The position numbers were made by a program, and so were the translations under genes. The notes under the pieces are model-generated. The model had not been told where the DNA came from. It was given only the letters and a program-made list of their open reading frames with translations, and ran no database searches. 64,000 nucleotides of DNA from Amphiscolops sp. MND2022 (Eukaryota), in contig OZ076411.1 in the NCBI GenBank assembly GCA_964187785.1, forward strand, positions 42,470,001 to 42,534,000, read 5' to 3'. Below are positions 40,635 to 51,602 of this stretch, in pieces. How positions within the stretch are numbered: position 1 is the stretch's first letter; the number at the start of each line of letters is the position of its first letter.

Positions 40635-41408
40635 TCAAGCGTACATGGACTCAGCTGCTATGCACATTTTCTTGGGAAGATGTACAATCTCGTCGAAATA
40701 GGCCGCGAGCTCATTCACTGAAATATCTTGCTCCTGACGAGCCTGGGCCAGGCAACTGCGGGGTGTCTGAACTTCGTGAGGGGAGGGACAGAGATGTGAA
40801 TCAGGAAAGGCGAGGGGTGACTGCACTGACTTGCCAGCTTCAGCGTCTCCGACAGGAGTGAAAGTAGAATTATGTTGTTGGAATGACGTCAATTTCGTGT
40901 TGCTCGAGGGCTGCTGCGAAGAAAAAAGCTTTTGAACTCTGAAAGTTTCGGACTGCGATTTCGATTTCATGAAGGTTTTCTCTGCATCTTCAAGTTCTCG
41001 CCAAACTGCCCCAAAAGACATGACGTCAGATTTTTGTTGTTTAAGGTCATCTTTTGTCTTGACCTCACCCGATATTTTCGAACACTGTGGGGTCACGTTG
41101 GCGAGGAGAGAACAAATACAAGAGGTGTTGGTATGGGAGACTTTTGTTTCGTTGGTTGACTTTGTTTTGTTAACTCTTCTACGCGTTCCCACTTCCAGTT
41201 CAGAGTCGCTGAAGTATGTAGTGTGTTCGCTGCTGACGGAGGGATACATGTATCTTCCGGCGCAGTTGCTCCTATGCACTGAAAACTTTTCGAAGTCATC
41301 TGATTTTTCTGAAGAGCAAGCGCAAGTAGTGCCAAAACTGTTGGTCAAATTACAGGGACGGGCCTTGAACACATTCCGTTTCCTCTTGAATCGTTTTCTG
41401 GAACACAT
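40635..41408 (-). CDS. OSER1: OSER1-like (oxidative stress-responsive serine-rich protein 1, DUF776 family), 257 aa
   Basis: C-terminus TPRSCLAQARQEQDISVNELAAYFDEIVHLPKKMCIAAESMYA* resembles, from memory, the conserved OSER1 end SPRSCSEQAR...[30 protein letters not shown]; Ser-rich body and basic N-terminus. Confidence 0.85.
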   Translation of the reverse strand: MCSRKRFKRKRNVFKARPCNLTNSFGTTCACSSEKSDDFEKFSVHRSNCAGRYMYPSVSSEHTTYFSDSELEVGTRRRVNKTKSTNETKVSHTNTSCICSLLANVTPQCSKISGEVKTKDDLKQQKSDVMSFGAVWRELEDAEKTFMKSKSQSETFRVQKLFSSQQPSSNTKLTSFQQHNSTFTPVGDAEAGKSVQSPLAFPDSHLCPSPHEVQTPRSCLAQARQEQDISVNELAAYFDEIVHLPKKMCIAAESMYA

Positions 41409-44276
41409 TCAGCTTATTAACCAATGAAACAATATACATTAGATCAAGGTTTTGACATCACTATTTTTTCGCTAGTTCGCTGAAAATTATTAGACTTCAA
41501 GCATGTTCTAAAACTTAAAAACTTCATTTAGTATCCAATGAAAAAAGAGGATTTTTTACACTGTGTGGGTTTTGCAATGGGTACGAAGTGCAGTTTTTAG
41601 AAAATAACTTTGTGTAAAACAATAAGGCTTTGTGTATACTCAGAAAGATTTGAATTTAGACTTCTATTATTTGGCGCAAATTTTAATCGCTAGAAATGCC
41701 TGCGCGGCCACTAATTCGCGGTGTCAAAACTCATTATATCATCCATAAAATCTGGATTCCTAATGTTAACATACCACTAAAAATTACATTCAAAATAGCA
41801 TTGTAGCAAGAAGGATAAATCGAAAAGTATTAGTTTATTCGGCGTCAGAACCTGCCTAAATGTTATGGCAACTATTTCGCAATTTATTCAATTGCTAGCA
41901 ACTAAATTCAACCCCAAACTATAAGCCGCATCTTCAATTAGATGAAACGTTATTCGCAATGAGCATGTGAACCCCCATTAATAGACTCTGCGTTGTCTCT
42001 GTAAATGTTCATAAAATCAAAAGTTTTCCTCTTGACTCGTCCCCTTTTTCAAATACAGACTTCCTCAGCCGCGCTTGGTACGCCAGTGATAACAACAAGC
42101 AGGGACCGACCCAAGTCGGCGCCCCGCTCAAGTTTCAAAAAACCAAGTTCATCAATTTCTCAGTGCCGAAAAATACACTGTTATCTTAGTAAGGGATAAG
42201 GGATACGCACAAGGCTAGAGAACCACTTTTTCACCAACTGGAAACAACAAAAAACCCATTTTTGGATTTTTTCCAGAAAACTTCTCACAGTGCCGAAAAT
42301 GGAGCTTTAGGGGTCACTACAGTACCAAAAATATACCGAAGGGATATCCATAGGACTCGAAAGCCTCGTTTTCCGTAACTCGAAACATTGAAAAAACAAA
42401 CTGAACTTTTTTCATTTCAATTTTTTTTCTGTCTTATTGCCCAAAAGCAGACACAAGTTCGCAAAACTTTTTTGCAAGCCGACAACATTCATTAAAGTGA
42501 AGGGGTACACTTTACCGAACAAAAAGAAACGTCGCACAGGGCAGAAAATTTTTTCAAAATTATGATTCATTTTCAAAAAATCTTCGGTAAGTCGCATTTT
42601 GCCGAAAAAACCTAAGGTGGAGCTCTATCCTCACAAAACGCTTTGGTCCCGTAAAATCAAAAGGGGGCTAAAAATCTGAACACTTTGAAACCTCCGCCTC
42701 ATCCTTAGTAAAATAGGCCCCTGCGGTGCACAGTATTATTTCTGCTTTTTAGGCGTTTATGTTCATTAATAGAAGCATATCTGGAATAACTAAACACTCC
42801 TGTTTTATCATTATACAGCGCACAATTAATCACTGTACCAGTTTACACCATCTTTAATTCTTCTCGGACTAAAGAAAATATAACTACTAAGCGTAAACGA
42901 AGTTTCGTATTCGCATTTGAATGCAGGCGAAGCTCGATGCGAACGAATAATTGACACTCGTTCGCATCACTTCAATACCTTGGCGTACGAACGCATAATT
43001 ACGAACATTTGCTCGCTTCATCTCAATGAATTCGGAGTACGCTTTAAATCTCACGCTTATACTCACTGCCGAACAAAATATCTGAATTTTTCAGTAGGTA
43101 CTAGAATGGCGTACGAAAAGTTGACTGAAAAAAAGTTGCAAAGTTCAGATTTCAATACTATTCCTGCTATCGCAGAAATAATAAAAACGCCATTAACTTC
43201 GGATATAACGTCGTCTAAAAATCGGATATAGTGAACTCTTTTCTGAAAAAATGCGCTGACTAAAATGAAAGAAGCTACGAATAAACTAGCAAATTTCTCA
43301 AAAACTTTGAGAGTGCATTCTCAATGACGATAAAATTTGCTCTTTTCTTTGTCTTTTACTTTTTTCAAACCAGCAAAATAGGGGCGTTCAAAATAAACAA
43401 GCCGGGAGCGGTATAAGGTTCAAAAAGCGCGAAAGTACATCAAAGTGTTAGGATTTGTTTCTGAAAACATTTTCAGCCTCACAACGTCAAAAAAGCCGAA
43501 GGGGGGCTTTTTCTAACTCGAATAATCAAAACTATAGGGATGGCCTTTTTGGAAAAATAAAAACTCGGAAAAAAGTCGCATAGTGCCAGAATTAAGTTCT
43601 ATCGGAGTTGTATTGAAATAAGGAAGCGATAAGACGCTGACGATTAACTGTGGTCAAAGAAGCTCTCTAAATATTTAAACAGAATTGACTTGGTAAGCTC
43701 GATAACAAATTGAGAAGAAACATAACAAATCAAGCAATAACAATCGGGGAACGGCCAAAGTCGGCGCCATATCTAAGGCTCGAAGTTTCTAAAATATGCC
43801 AGGACATTTTTATGAAAAGCTTCGAAAACAGTTTCGAGACACCCAAAGGGTTCCTTTCATGCTCGATAAGACTCGGAAACAACCATTTTCCCGGAAACGA
43901 AAAAAAACTTGAAGAAACGGATTTCTTTCGGAAAATGTCGCATAGTGCCGAAAACCCTAGGAGTCCTCTGTGCTCGCAAAACGTTTCGTTCCTAGTAAGT
44001 TGAGGGGGACCTTGATACAACCAAATTAGAAAAAAGTTACATGGAAAAAAAGTCAGTCTTGAAAAAAAAACAAAATTCAGATATAGCGTGCTGATAAAAC
44101 CAAATTTTAGAACGAAAAATGATCATTTTGAAAAGTCTCTCAATGCCGAAAATTGTACACAGAGGCGAAGCGGTGCTTCGCAACACATGACGAAGACAAC
44201 GATTATTTTAATATGCGTATATATATTATTTTAATAGCATGCGTATATATTCAACAGTTCAACTTTATTCAATAAC

Positions 44277-44345
44277 GTCCTTATGGCACAGTGGTTAACA
44301 CTTATGCCGCGCAATCGGGAGGCTGCAGGTTCGAATCTCTCTGGG
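44277..44345 (+). repeat. tRNA-derived SINE head or tRNA pseudogene
   Basis: A box TGGCACAGTGG (44284-44294) and B box GGTTCGAATCT (44328-44338). Confidence 0.6.
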
Positions 44346-44750
44346 GTTTTGGCTTTTCTCTAAAAGGGGCTTATTATGAAGTTGGCTACTGTGGAAAAAA
44401 AACTTTCTTAGCTGGACTGCAATGCACATTGACTTCGTCATGTGCAAAAAGGGGGGACCTTTTTGAATTTTTGAAGATCCAATTTGCTGCAAAATATCAA
44501 AAAAGTGAAGGGGACACTTTGGAGACATTTAAAAAATTTTCGAGAAAAATCAAAAAATGAGAGAAAAGCGCAGTTTTTAAAACATGCCCAGGACGTATTT
44601 ATGAAAAGCTCAAAAAACAGTTTCGAGATTCCCAAAGGGTGCCTTGCTCGATAAGACTCGGAAACCACTTTTCCACCACTGCGAACAAAAAACTTTTTGA
44701 AAAAAAAACGGAAAATGTCTCACAGTGCCGAAAAATGTAAAAGGGGGACG

Positions 44751-45075
44751 TGTAAATTGTGTATATTTCCCTTTGGAAATTCAATGTATATTTCCCTGTG
44801 GAAATTCTCTCTGAATTCAATCTGATTCAAACGAGGTTTTTAACAGAAAGAGATTCAATTAATGCTAGAAGAACGAAATAATCAGAGATGAAATGTGGGA
44901 ACTAGCTAATCTGAATGGTTGAAAACAAAATCAATGAGTTTTACCGCACAAAGGTGTGAATAAAAATCAAACTTCATACGTGAAACAATATGATTAATTG
45001 CATGAACAGCATGGCAACGTGTCAGATAAACATGCCTAGAATAAAATTGAACTAAACGAAATTTTGGCGTTAACA
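44751..45075 (-). repeat. 3' LTR (325 bp)
   Basis: Matches 51282-51602 except for 5 substitutions and one 4-bp indel (hand comparison). Confidence 0.95.
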
Positions 45076-45086
45076 TACTCCGCCCC
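45076..45086 (-). other. Polypurine tract (GGGGCGGAGTA on the minus strand)
   Basis: Purine-rich run directly adjoining the TGTT start of the 3' LTR. Confidence 0.8.
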
Positions 45087-45146
45087 TTGGACTATCAGTT
45101 CAATATAAATGGTCTCAATATATATATGATCTTTCAGAGTGTGAAA

Positions 45147-45944
45147 ATGCGATCAACCAGATCACAAGCTGTGCGTCCGAGTGGCGATGACGCCTTGCGT
45201 GAGCTCTTCACAGAGGTGGAGAAGGGGGCGGTAAAGAGCAAGCGCGTGTCAAGGGTGGCCGGACAATCGGAGATCGTCGTCGGCGAGCCCTGCGTGGTGT
45301 CCTCATCTGTGGTGACGCCCAGGGACGGGCCACTAGACTTGTCTCTGTCCCCAGATGAATACCAGCAGCGATATCCATGGGATGACCACCCAGTCACGGG
45401 AACCTGCAGCCGAAAGGAAGACTTCTCGTTTGGGAGCATCTGCTACGAGTGGGTACGGCCAGACGGGACAGACGATTTCTTCCGCTGCAGTTGGGAACGG
45501 GGGACGCCAGTGACGCCTTCAATGCTCCTCACAGTCCGCAGGAGCTGCAGGGGTTTTCACCAGGATCTGGATCCCCCATACGACCAGATCAACACGGTCG
45601 TGGGAGGGAGGAAACTGTGGCTCTTCACTCCACCAAGGAGCCGAGTGACCACACGAGTGATTCGAGGTGGCTGGGCTTCGACCGTGTGGGAAGTGCTCGG
45701 TTGTCTGAAGGACCACAAGGAAAGCCATCTCATCAGCTATGGCGTGCAGTCTGCTGGTGAGAGTGTGTACGTTCCTTGGGGATGGGGTCATGCTGTCGTC
45801 ACCGACACCGATGACAAGTGCTGCCTGCAGATCGTGGAGTTTGCTTGCCAGCAGTCGGAGTTGGATTCCCGCTACAGTCGTCTGCGGGACCATGCCTCGA
45901 TGGGGGTTCGCAGAGGCGACGTGGTGGGTGCGACGTCATTATGA
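45147..45944 (+). CDS. JmjC-domain Fe(II)/2-oxoglutarate oxygenase, antisense cargo ORF of the BEL/Pao element (alternative ATG at 45126)
   Basis: MLLTVRRSCRGFHQD (H-x-D at 45558-45566), GGRKLWLFTPP (K at 45612) and VQSAGESVYVPWGWGHAVVT (distal H at 45789) follow the JmjC double-stranded beta-helix pattern; no stops; PLDLS at 45330-45344. Confidence 0.88.
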   Translation: MRSTRSQAVRPSGDDALRELFTEVEKGAVKSKRVSRVAGQSEIVVGEPCVVSSSVVTPRDGPLDLSLSPDEYQQRYPWDDHPVTGTCSRKEDFSFGSICYEWVRPDGTDDFFRCSWERGTPVTPSMLLTVRRSCRGFHQDLDPPYDQINTVVGGRKLWLFTPPRSRVTTRVIRGGWASTVWEVLGCLKDHKESHLISYGVQSAGESVYVPWGWGHAVVTDTDDKCCLQIVEFACQQSELDSRYSRLRDHASMGVRRGDVVGATSL

Positions 45945-46004
45945 CTAGGAGGTTAGATATGTCATTTCATAACTTCATTACATGTAAACTAATTGATATG
46001 TCAA

Positions 46005-49000
46005 TCAGTCATGTTGAGAATTAGGCAGAGGCAGCTTTCTCACTGGTCGTGTGAACTTCCGGCCGTTCATAACAACTTCCACGACCCGAACAAGCCCATC
46101 ATTTCCCTTGAAGGTGTTGGTAACCTTCGCCAATGGCCACTGTAAAGGTTTCTGATTTTCCTCGGCGACATACACAACATCACCAATTTCAAGATTGCGA
46201 GCTGGGTATTGCCATTTGGACCGTATCTGATGCCTCAGCAGGTACTCCTTCATCCATCGTCTCCAAAAATGCTGCGTAAGGGCACGCACCAGCTTCCAGT
46301 GCTTCAGGGAGCACACTTCGAAATTCTCAAGTGACATTGATTTCTCGGGTATGGAAGTTAGTGGGCCTCCTATGAGGAAGTGTCCGGGCGTCAGAATGTC
46401 ACCATCATTGGGGTCGTCAGACAGGGCTGTCAGGGGCCTGGAATTCAAGAGCGCTTCGATCTGGATCAGCATGGTTGACAATTGTTCGTATGTAAGAATG
46501 ATGTTCCCCATCATCTTTCTCAGAATGGTTTTCGTACTCTTGATTCCTGCTTCCCAAAGACCTCCAAAGTTGGGTGCTCGGGGTGGAATGGTGACCCAAT
46601 TGATAGCCTGGTTTTCAAGATATGCTGTGATATCATTGAGATTCGTCTTGTTGCTCCAGAACTCTTGTATTTCTAATATTTCATTTCTGGACCCCAGAAA
46701 GTTTGTGGCGTTGTCGCTGAAGATTGTCTTCGGGATTCCTCGTCGACCGATGAATCGCTTCAAGGCAGCGATGCAGGCATCTGTGGTGAGCTCTGACACA
46801 AGTTCTATATGAATTGCTCTGGTAGCAAAGCAAATAAGCAATGCAACGTAGGCCTTGTCAGTTTTGTTTGGCCCGACTCGTATTGTGAGAGGTCCAGCAA
46901 AGTCTATCCCTGTATTGGTGAACGGTCTTGCTGGAGTGATCCGTTCCTCGGGTAAGTATCCCATTTGCTGTTCAACAGCTTTACTGTTGAATCGGAAGCA
47001 TTTGATGCAGTTTCGTATGTAATTCTTGACTTTCACTCGAGCGCGGAGAATCCAATATTTTTGCTGAAGATGGAACAAAGTTTGTTGTTGACCCGAGTGC
47101 AGCGTTTCTTCATGCGCCTCGTGGATCAATAGCCTCGCCAGTGGAGTGTCGCCATCCAGGAGAATAGGGAATTTTTTGCTGTAAGGGTAGTTGGACTGAG
47201 ATAACCTCCCCCCAACGCGAAGAAGACCCGTGCTATCTTCAGCGAAAGGATTCAAACTCCGAATTTTGCTAACTCTAGTCAATTCCTGGTTTTTCTGCAG
47301 CTTTTCTAGCTCGGATTGGAACGAATTAGCTTGTTCGCTTCTCAGTATCTCAATACGAGCTTGTTCGATATCGTCAATCGATCGGGGAACACACTTAGAA
47401 AATTTTCCCTCTTTGAAAATTTCAATCGCCTTCCGAACAAGTGCAAATGTACGAAAGAGTCGTTTCGATGAGGAGAATCTAGTAATCTGGATTACCTCTG
47501 AAAAGAGCGTAGAAGGCATCGAGAGCACTTGCTTGTTCTGCTTGACCTCCAAGTCTGTCTGTTTGGAGATTTGTTGCTGCTTGGGCCAATTTGTAGAATC
47601 GTGAGACAGCCAAGTCGGACCGTTCCACCACAATTGGAACTCCTTGAGGCTCGGTATGTCCAACCCACGTGAGGCACAATCGGCTGGGTTGTCAGCAGTT
47701 CCAACGTGGTTCCATTGATTAGGCGGTAAGACTTCTTGAATTTGTGAAACTCTGTTGGCGACGAAGCAATTCCATCGTCTCGGCAAACTTGAGATCCATG
47801 CTAATACTATTGTAGAATCTGTCCAAGCGACCCTGCTGTTGATGACGAATCCACCTCGTTCCAAGGCAATGCTGGTGGCCTTCATCAACTTGCTAGCTAG
47901 TAGAGCTGCACACAACTCCAGTCGAGGCAGACTAACTGATTTTACTGGAGCGACTCTTGTCTTTGCTGCGAGAAACTTTGTTTCAATGCTATCACTGGTT
48001 GTGATTCGGGCTAAGATGGCCGCTGCATAGGCACTCTCTGAAGCGTCTGCGAAGACATGTAGCTGGATTTCTTCCTTCCGGTGATAGGACACTTGTCGAG
48101 GAAATCGATTTCCGTGAAGATTCTTGAGTTCTTTGTGAGTAGCTTTCCAGATCAAGTCAATACCTGGAGGAATGGGCTCGTCCCACTTCAAACCTCGTGT
48201 CCAGGTGCTCTGCATCAGAATCTTCAACTTGATTGTACAGGGTGATAACCAGCCCATAGGATCAAAAATTTTAGCAATTTCTGAGAGTAAGATTCGCTTC
48301 GTTGAACCGTTTTTGTACATTCCTCGATATTGGAAATTGAATGTGTCGCTGCTGGGACACCATGCAACTCCGAGTGTCTTGATTGTGTAGTCATCTTTCT
48401 GAAGGTCTAGAACGGTCTTGGTTTCACGGAGAGCTTCAGGTAGGTCTTCCACAACTTGGGGAGCACACGATGACCATTTTCGCAATGGAAGTCCGAATTC
48501 GTTCAAATGCTTCAATAGTTTTTCTTGCAGTGTCTTGGCTTCCACTACTGATTCTGCACCAGTAAGAAGATCATCTATGTAGAAATCGTTCAAGATAGGT
48601 CCTTTAACATCTGGGTCAGTCGATTGATGTCCAGCTTCTTGGAGTGCGCGTATTGAGTGAAATGAAGAACTGATTCAATACGTCACGCGTTTCATTCTCA
48701 GATGAGATACGTCTGTTTGGGATTCAAATCTCCACAGGATCCGGTGGAAATCTTTCGCGGGAGTATCGAGCTTGATCTGTCTGTACATTTTCTCCACGTC
48801 TGCGGACAGAGTCACTGCGTGGACTTGGAAACGTAGGAGAATTCCAAAGATGTCGTCTTGTATCTTTGGACCAATCATTAGATTCTGGTTTAAGGAACGA
48901 TTACTCGATGTTTTGGCTGAGCCATCAAATACGACACGCAGCTTTGTGGTCGTGCTGCTATCTTTTATCACGCAATGATGAGGAAGGTAGTTCGATCGAT

Positions 49001-49034
49001 TGGGTTCTATTGCGATCTCATCAGAAGGGATCAT
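46005..49034 (-). pseudogene. BEL/Pao pol: RT, RNase H and integrase, with an in-frame nonsense codon at 48675-48677
   Basis: HHCVIK..TTKLRVVFDGS, SADVEKMYRQI, FYIDDLL, LHVFADASESAYAA, RLELCAA, PFTNTGIDFAGP, SDNATNF and WEAGIKS motifs. ORFs 48675-49034 and 46005-48593 are in the same frame, separated by TGA where Gly is expected (RVTY-G). Confidence 0.93.
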
Positions 49035-49057
49035 CGTCTGAATACTTCTTCTTGAGA

Positions 49058-50251
49058 TCAGGATCTCTCCAGCTTCTTCTCAAGCTGACTGAAGCGCTGT
49101 CTGGCTGTAGCTAGGCTCTCACCTAGGGGTTCTGTATCACGTTTGAAGGGCAAGGAAACAATGAAACGTCCGGTTTCATCTCTTGTCGTAGTTTCCTTGA
49201 AGTGATCTTCACAATCGATTTCTTCTTGGCTATATTTCATAGCAGCAGGGAGTTCTTCCAGCTCCCAGAAGCGAGAGAGCTGGGCGTCTGTAGAAACGTG
49301 ATGAGATCTCACTTGACTCGAAGGAATCTTCGTTTGACCTGTCACTACCCATCCGAAAACAGTGTCTTTCAGAAAAAGGTTTTCATTTTCCTGAATCTTC
49401 CCTCCAAGAGTGAACTTCTCTGTGACATCCGCTCCGAGGAGGATGTCAATTGACGAAGGTTCATTGAATCGAGGATCGGCTAGTTTCAAATTTGCAAGAT
49501 TCTTGAAATGCGATTGAGGCACTGGAGTTGAGGGTAGGTTGTTTGTGATCTTCGTGAGGACGAAAGCCTCCACAATGACTATTCTCTGCTCGACGATAAC
49601 GGGTATGTCGACAGTGGCTCGAGATTTGACCTGGTTTTCACTTCCAAGGCCGTTGATCTCCATGTAGTTGCGTTTCTTCGAAAGACCAAGTGTTTGAACA
49701 CATGATTCAGTGATACAACTGATTTCTGATCCTGAGTCGAAAAATGCTCGGCAATACACTGAATTGTTTGCTCGGCTCTGAACTGGTATCATTGCTGTAG
49801 GCAGCAAGGTCTGGTTCGAGAAGGTATGAGAAGAATGATTACTAACACTTGCTGAACCCCTTGTCTTTGAAGATCTAGATTCATCACCCCGTGGTCTTTG
49901 CTGATGAATGAGAGTGTGGTGTTTGCTGCCACACGTCCGACATTTGTACTGACTCGAACACTCGCTTTCTGTGTGTCCCTTTCTAAGGCAGTTGTAACAC
50001 AAGCCCTTAGATTGCACCATCTTGAGTTTGTGTTCTATGATGAGATCGTTGAAGGTTTGACATGCTTGGATTCTATGATTCTCTCCGCAACAAAAGCATA
50101 ACTGCCACGCCAGAGTACACGCCTGTCTTCGGGGAGCCGTTTTCTGGAGGCCTAGATCCACTGGAACGCCACTGGGAGGACCTCGTTTCGCTGGAATGCT
50201 TCGCGGATGCAGGGAGCACACTTTGAAATTTCTGTGATTTTGACACCTCAC
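49058..50251 (-). pseudogene. BEL/Pao gag C-terminal Cys-His knuckles and aspartic protease
   Basis: CFCCGENH..C, CYNCLRKGH..C, CRTCGSKHHTLIH and AFFDSGSEISCIT; frameshift and deletion at its 3' end (about 49035-49065). Confidence 0.9.
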
Positions 50252-51197
50252 ATGAACTTTCTAGTGCTCTACATCGTTTCTCAAGGAAGTCCTTGAACTG
50301 GTCATACGTTTGTAAATCCGATCCAGTAGATGACAATTCCCACTCCTTACGAGTCTCAGGATCTAATTTTTCAGTGACCAAGTGTAGAAGTAGAAAATCA
50401 CATTCCTTGACGTTGACTCCTTGATTTTCCAGAGCTCTTCGATTTTGGTCCAGAATTTCTTGAACGTTTCTGAGTATTCGCACGTTCTCTTGATGACCCT
50501 TCGGAATAGACATCATGGCTTCAATGTGCGCTTTCACCAGTGCTCTCTTATTCTGAAATCTGTCACTGAGAATGTCTCGAGCGATTGCATAATTTGCGTC
50601 GGTGACGGTGATCGATGAAAGCAATCTCGCGGCGTTTCCTTTCAGAGCTGTTTTCAGATAGTGCAATTTCTGCGAATCAGACAAATTTGTGTTATTGTGT
50701 ACGGAGGATTCAAAAATGTCACGAAATGAAGTCCATTCGAGATAGTTTCCGTCAAAGTTCGCTAACTGCATAGTGGGTAGTTTCAATTTCGCGCTAGACA
50801 TCGTCGGGTTGGCTGTGGAAGCTGATTGCACTGAGGCATCCAATGAGGTTTCCTCGAGTCGTCTTCTCATTTGCTTGAGCAATTTTTGTACGTCGGTAGA
50901 GTAGTCCGATGCAGCATCAACCTCGTTCTCTAGATCCACATCTTCCACCAGTTCTTCGATTTGCTTGTTCTTCGATTCAATGTCTTTGAGCTTGAGGGTT
51001 ATTGCTTCCTCCAAACGCTCAATCTCTTCTTTCTGTGAAGTAGTCAAGGCATGACCTGGAATCCTGAGAAGGGCTTCCGAGGCTCTGGTGAGTCTTGTGA
51101 TGACTCCTTTGTGCGCTGATCGCGACTTGTTGAGTCTAGTCAGCTGCTGTTCATCAGTGGTTGATGAACCAAATTGTGCGCTTTCTGGGCTTGACAT
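50073..51197 (-). pseudogene. BEL/Pao gag N-terminal and capsid-like region (DUF1759-like); ATG at 51197
   Basis: KLPTMQLANFDGNYLEWTSFRDIFES..QKLHYLKTALKG.A motif; shifts frame relative to the downstream knuckles. Confidence 0.88.
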
Positions 51198-51263
51198 CTT
51201 GAAAGGAATGTCAAGTAATGGCACAGAGGACGAATTGATCTTCTTTTCCGGTTTCTGTATCCC

Positions 51264-51281
51264 GGGTGGTCGCGGCACCGA
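51264..51281 (-). other. Primer-binding-site-like sequence TCGGTGCCGCGACCACCC
   Basis: Immediately inside the 5' LTR; partial resemblance to the tRNA-His-type PBS TGGTGCCGTGACTCGGAT. Confidence 0.45.
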
Positions 51282-51602
51282 TGTAAATTGTGTATATTTC
51301 CCTTTGGAAATTCAATGTATATTTCCCTGTGGAAATTCTCTCTGAATTCAATCTGATTCAAACGAGGTTTTTAACAGAAAGAGATTCAATTAATGCTAGA
51401 AGAACGGAATAATCAGAGTTGAAAGGTGGGAACTAGCTAATCTGAATGGTTGAAAACAAAACCAATGAGTTTTACCGCACAAAGGTGTGAACAAAAATCA
51501 AACTTCATACGTGAAACAATATGATTAATTGAACAGCATGGCAACGTGTCAGATAAACATGCCTAGAATAAAATTGAACTAAACGAAATTTTGGCGTTAA
51601 CA
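51282..51602 (-). repeat. 5' LTR (321 bp)
   Basis: Direct repeat of 44751-45075. Confidence 0.95.

Larger units (their letters stand above)
44751..51602 (-). mobile_element. Full-length BEL/Pao LTR retrotransposon carrying an extra antisense JmjC ORF
   Basis: Two TG...CA LTRs, PPT, PBS-like site and BEL domain order gag-CCHC-PR-RT-RH-IN; flanks GGACG / GGACA (5-bp TSD with one mismatch). Confidence 0.95.

Noticed and set aside
16680-41408. BTG and OSER1 as a stress-gene cluster
   Set aside because: They are 23 kb apart, separated by repeats, and I know of no conserved linkage; not supportable from one window.
40969-41427. 152-aa + strand ORF
   Set aside because: Antisense shadow of the OSER1-like CDS.
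45087-45944. Extra ORF interpreted as an env gene, since it occupies the env position of some BEL elements
   Set aside because: It is antisense to pol, lacks a signal peptide and transmembrane segment, and has JmjC motifs instead.
50073-50251. Overlap of the two gag ORFs as a programmed frameshift
   Set aside because: BEL/Pao elements usually have one gag-pol ORF, the shift falls inside gag before the knuckles, no clear slippery site was seen, and this copy has other lesions; a mutation is more likely.
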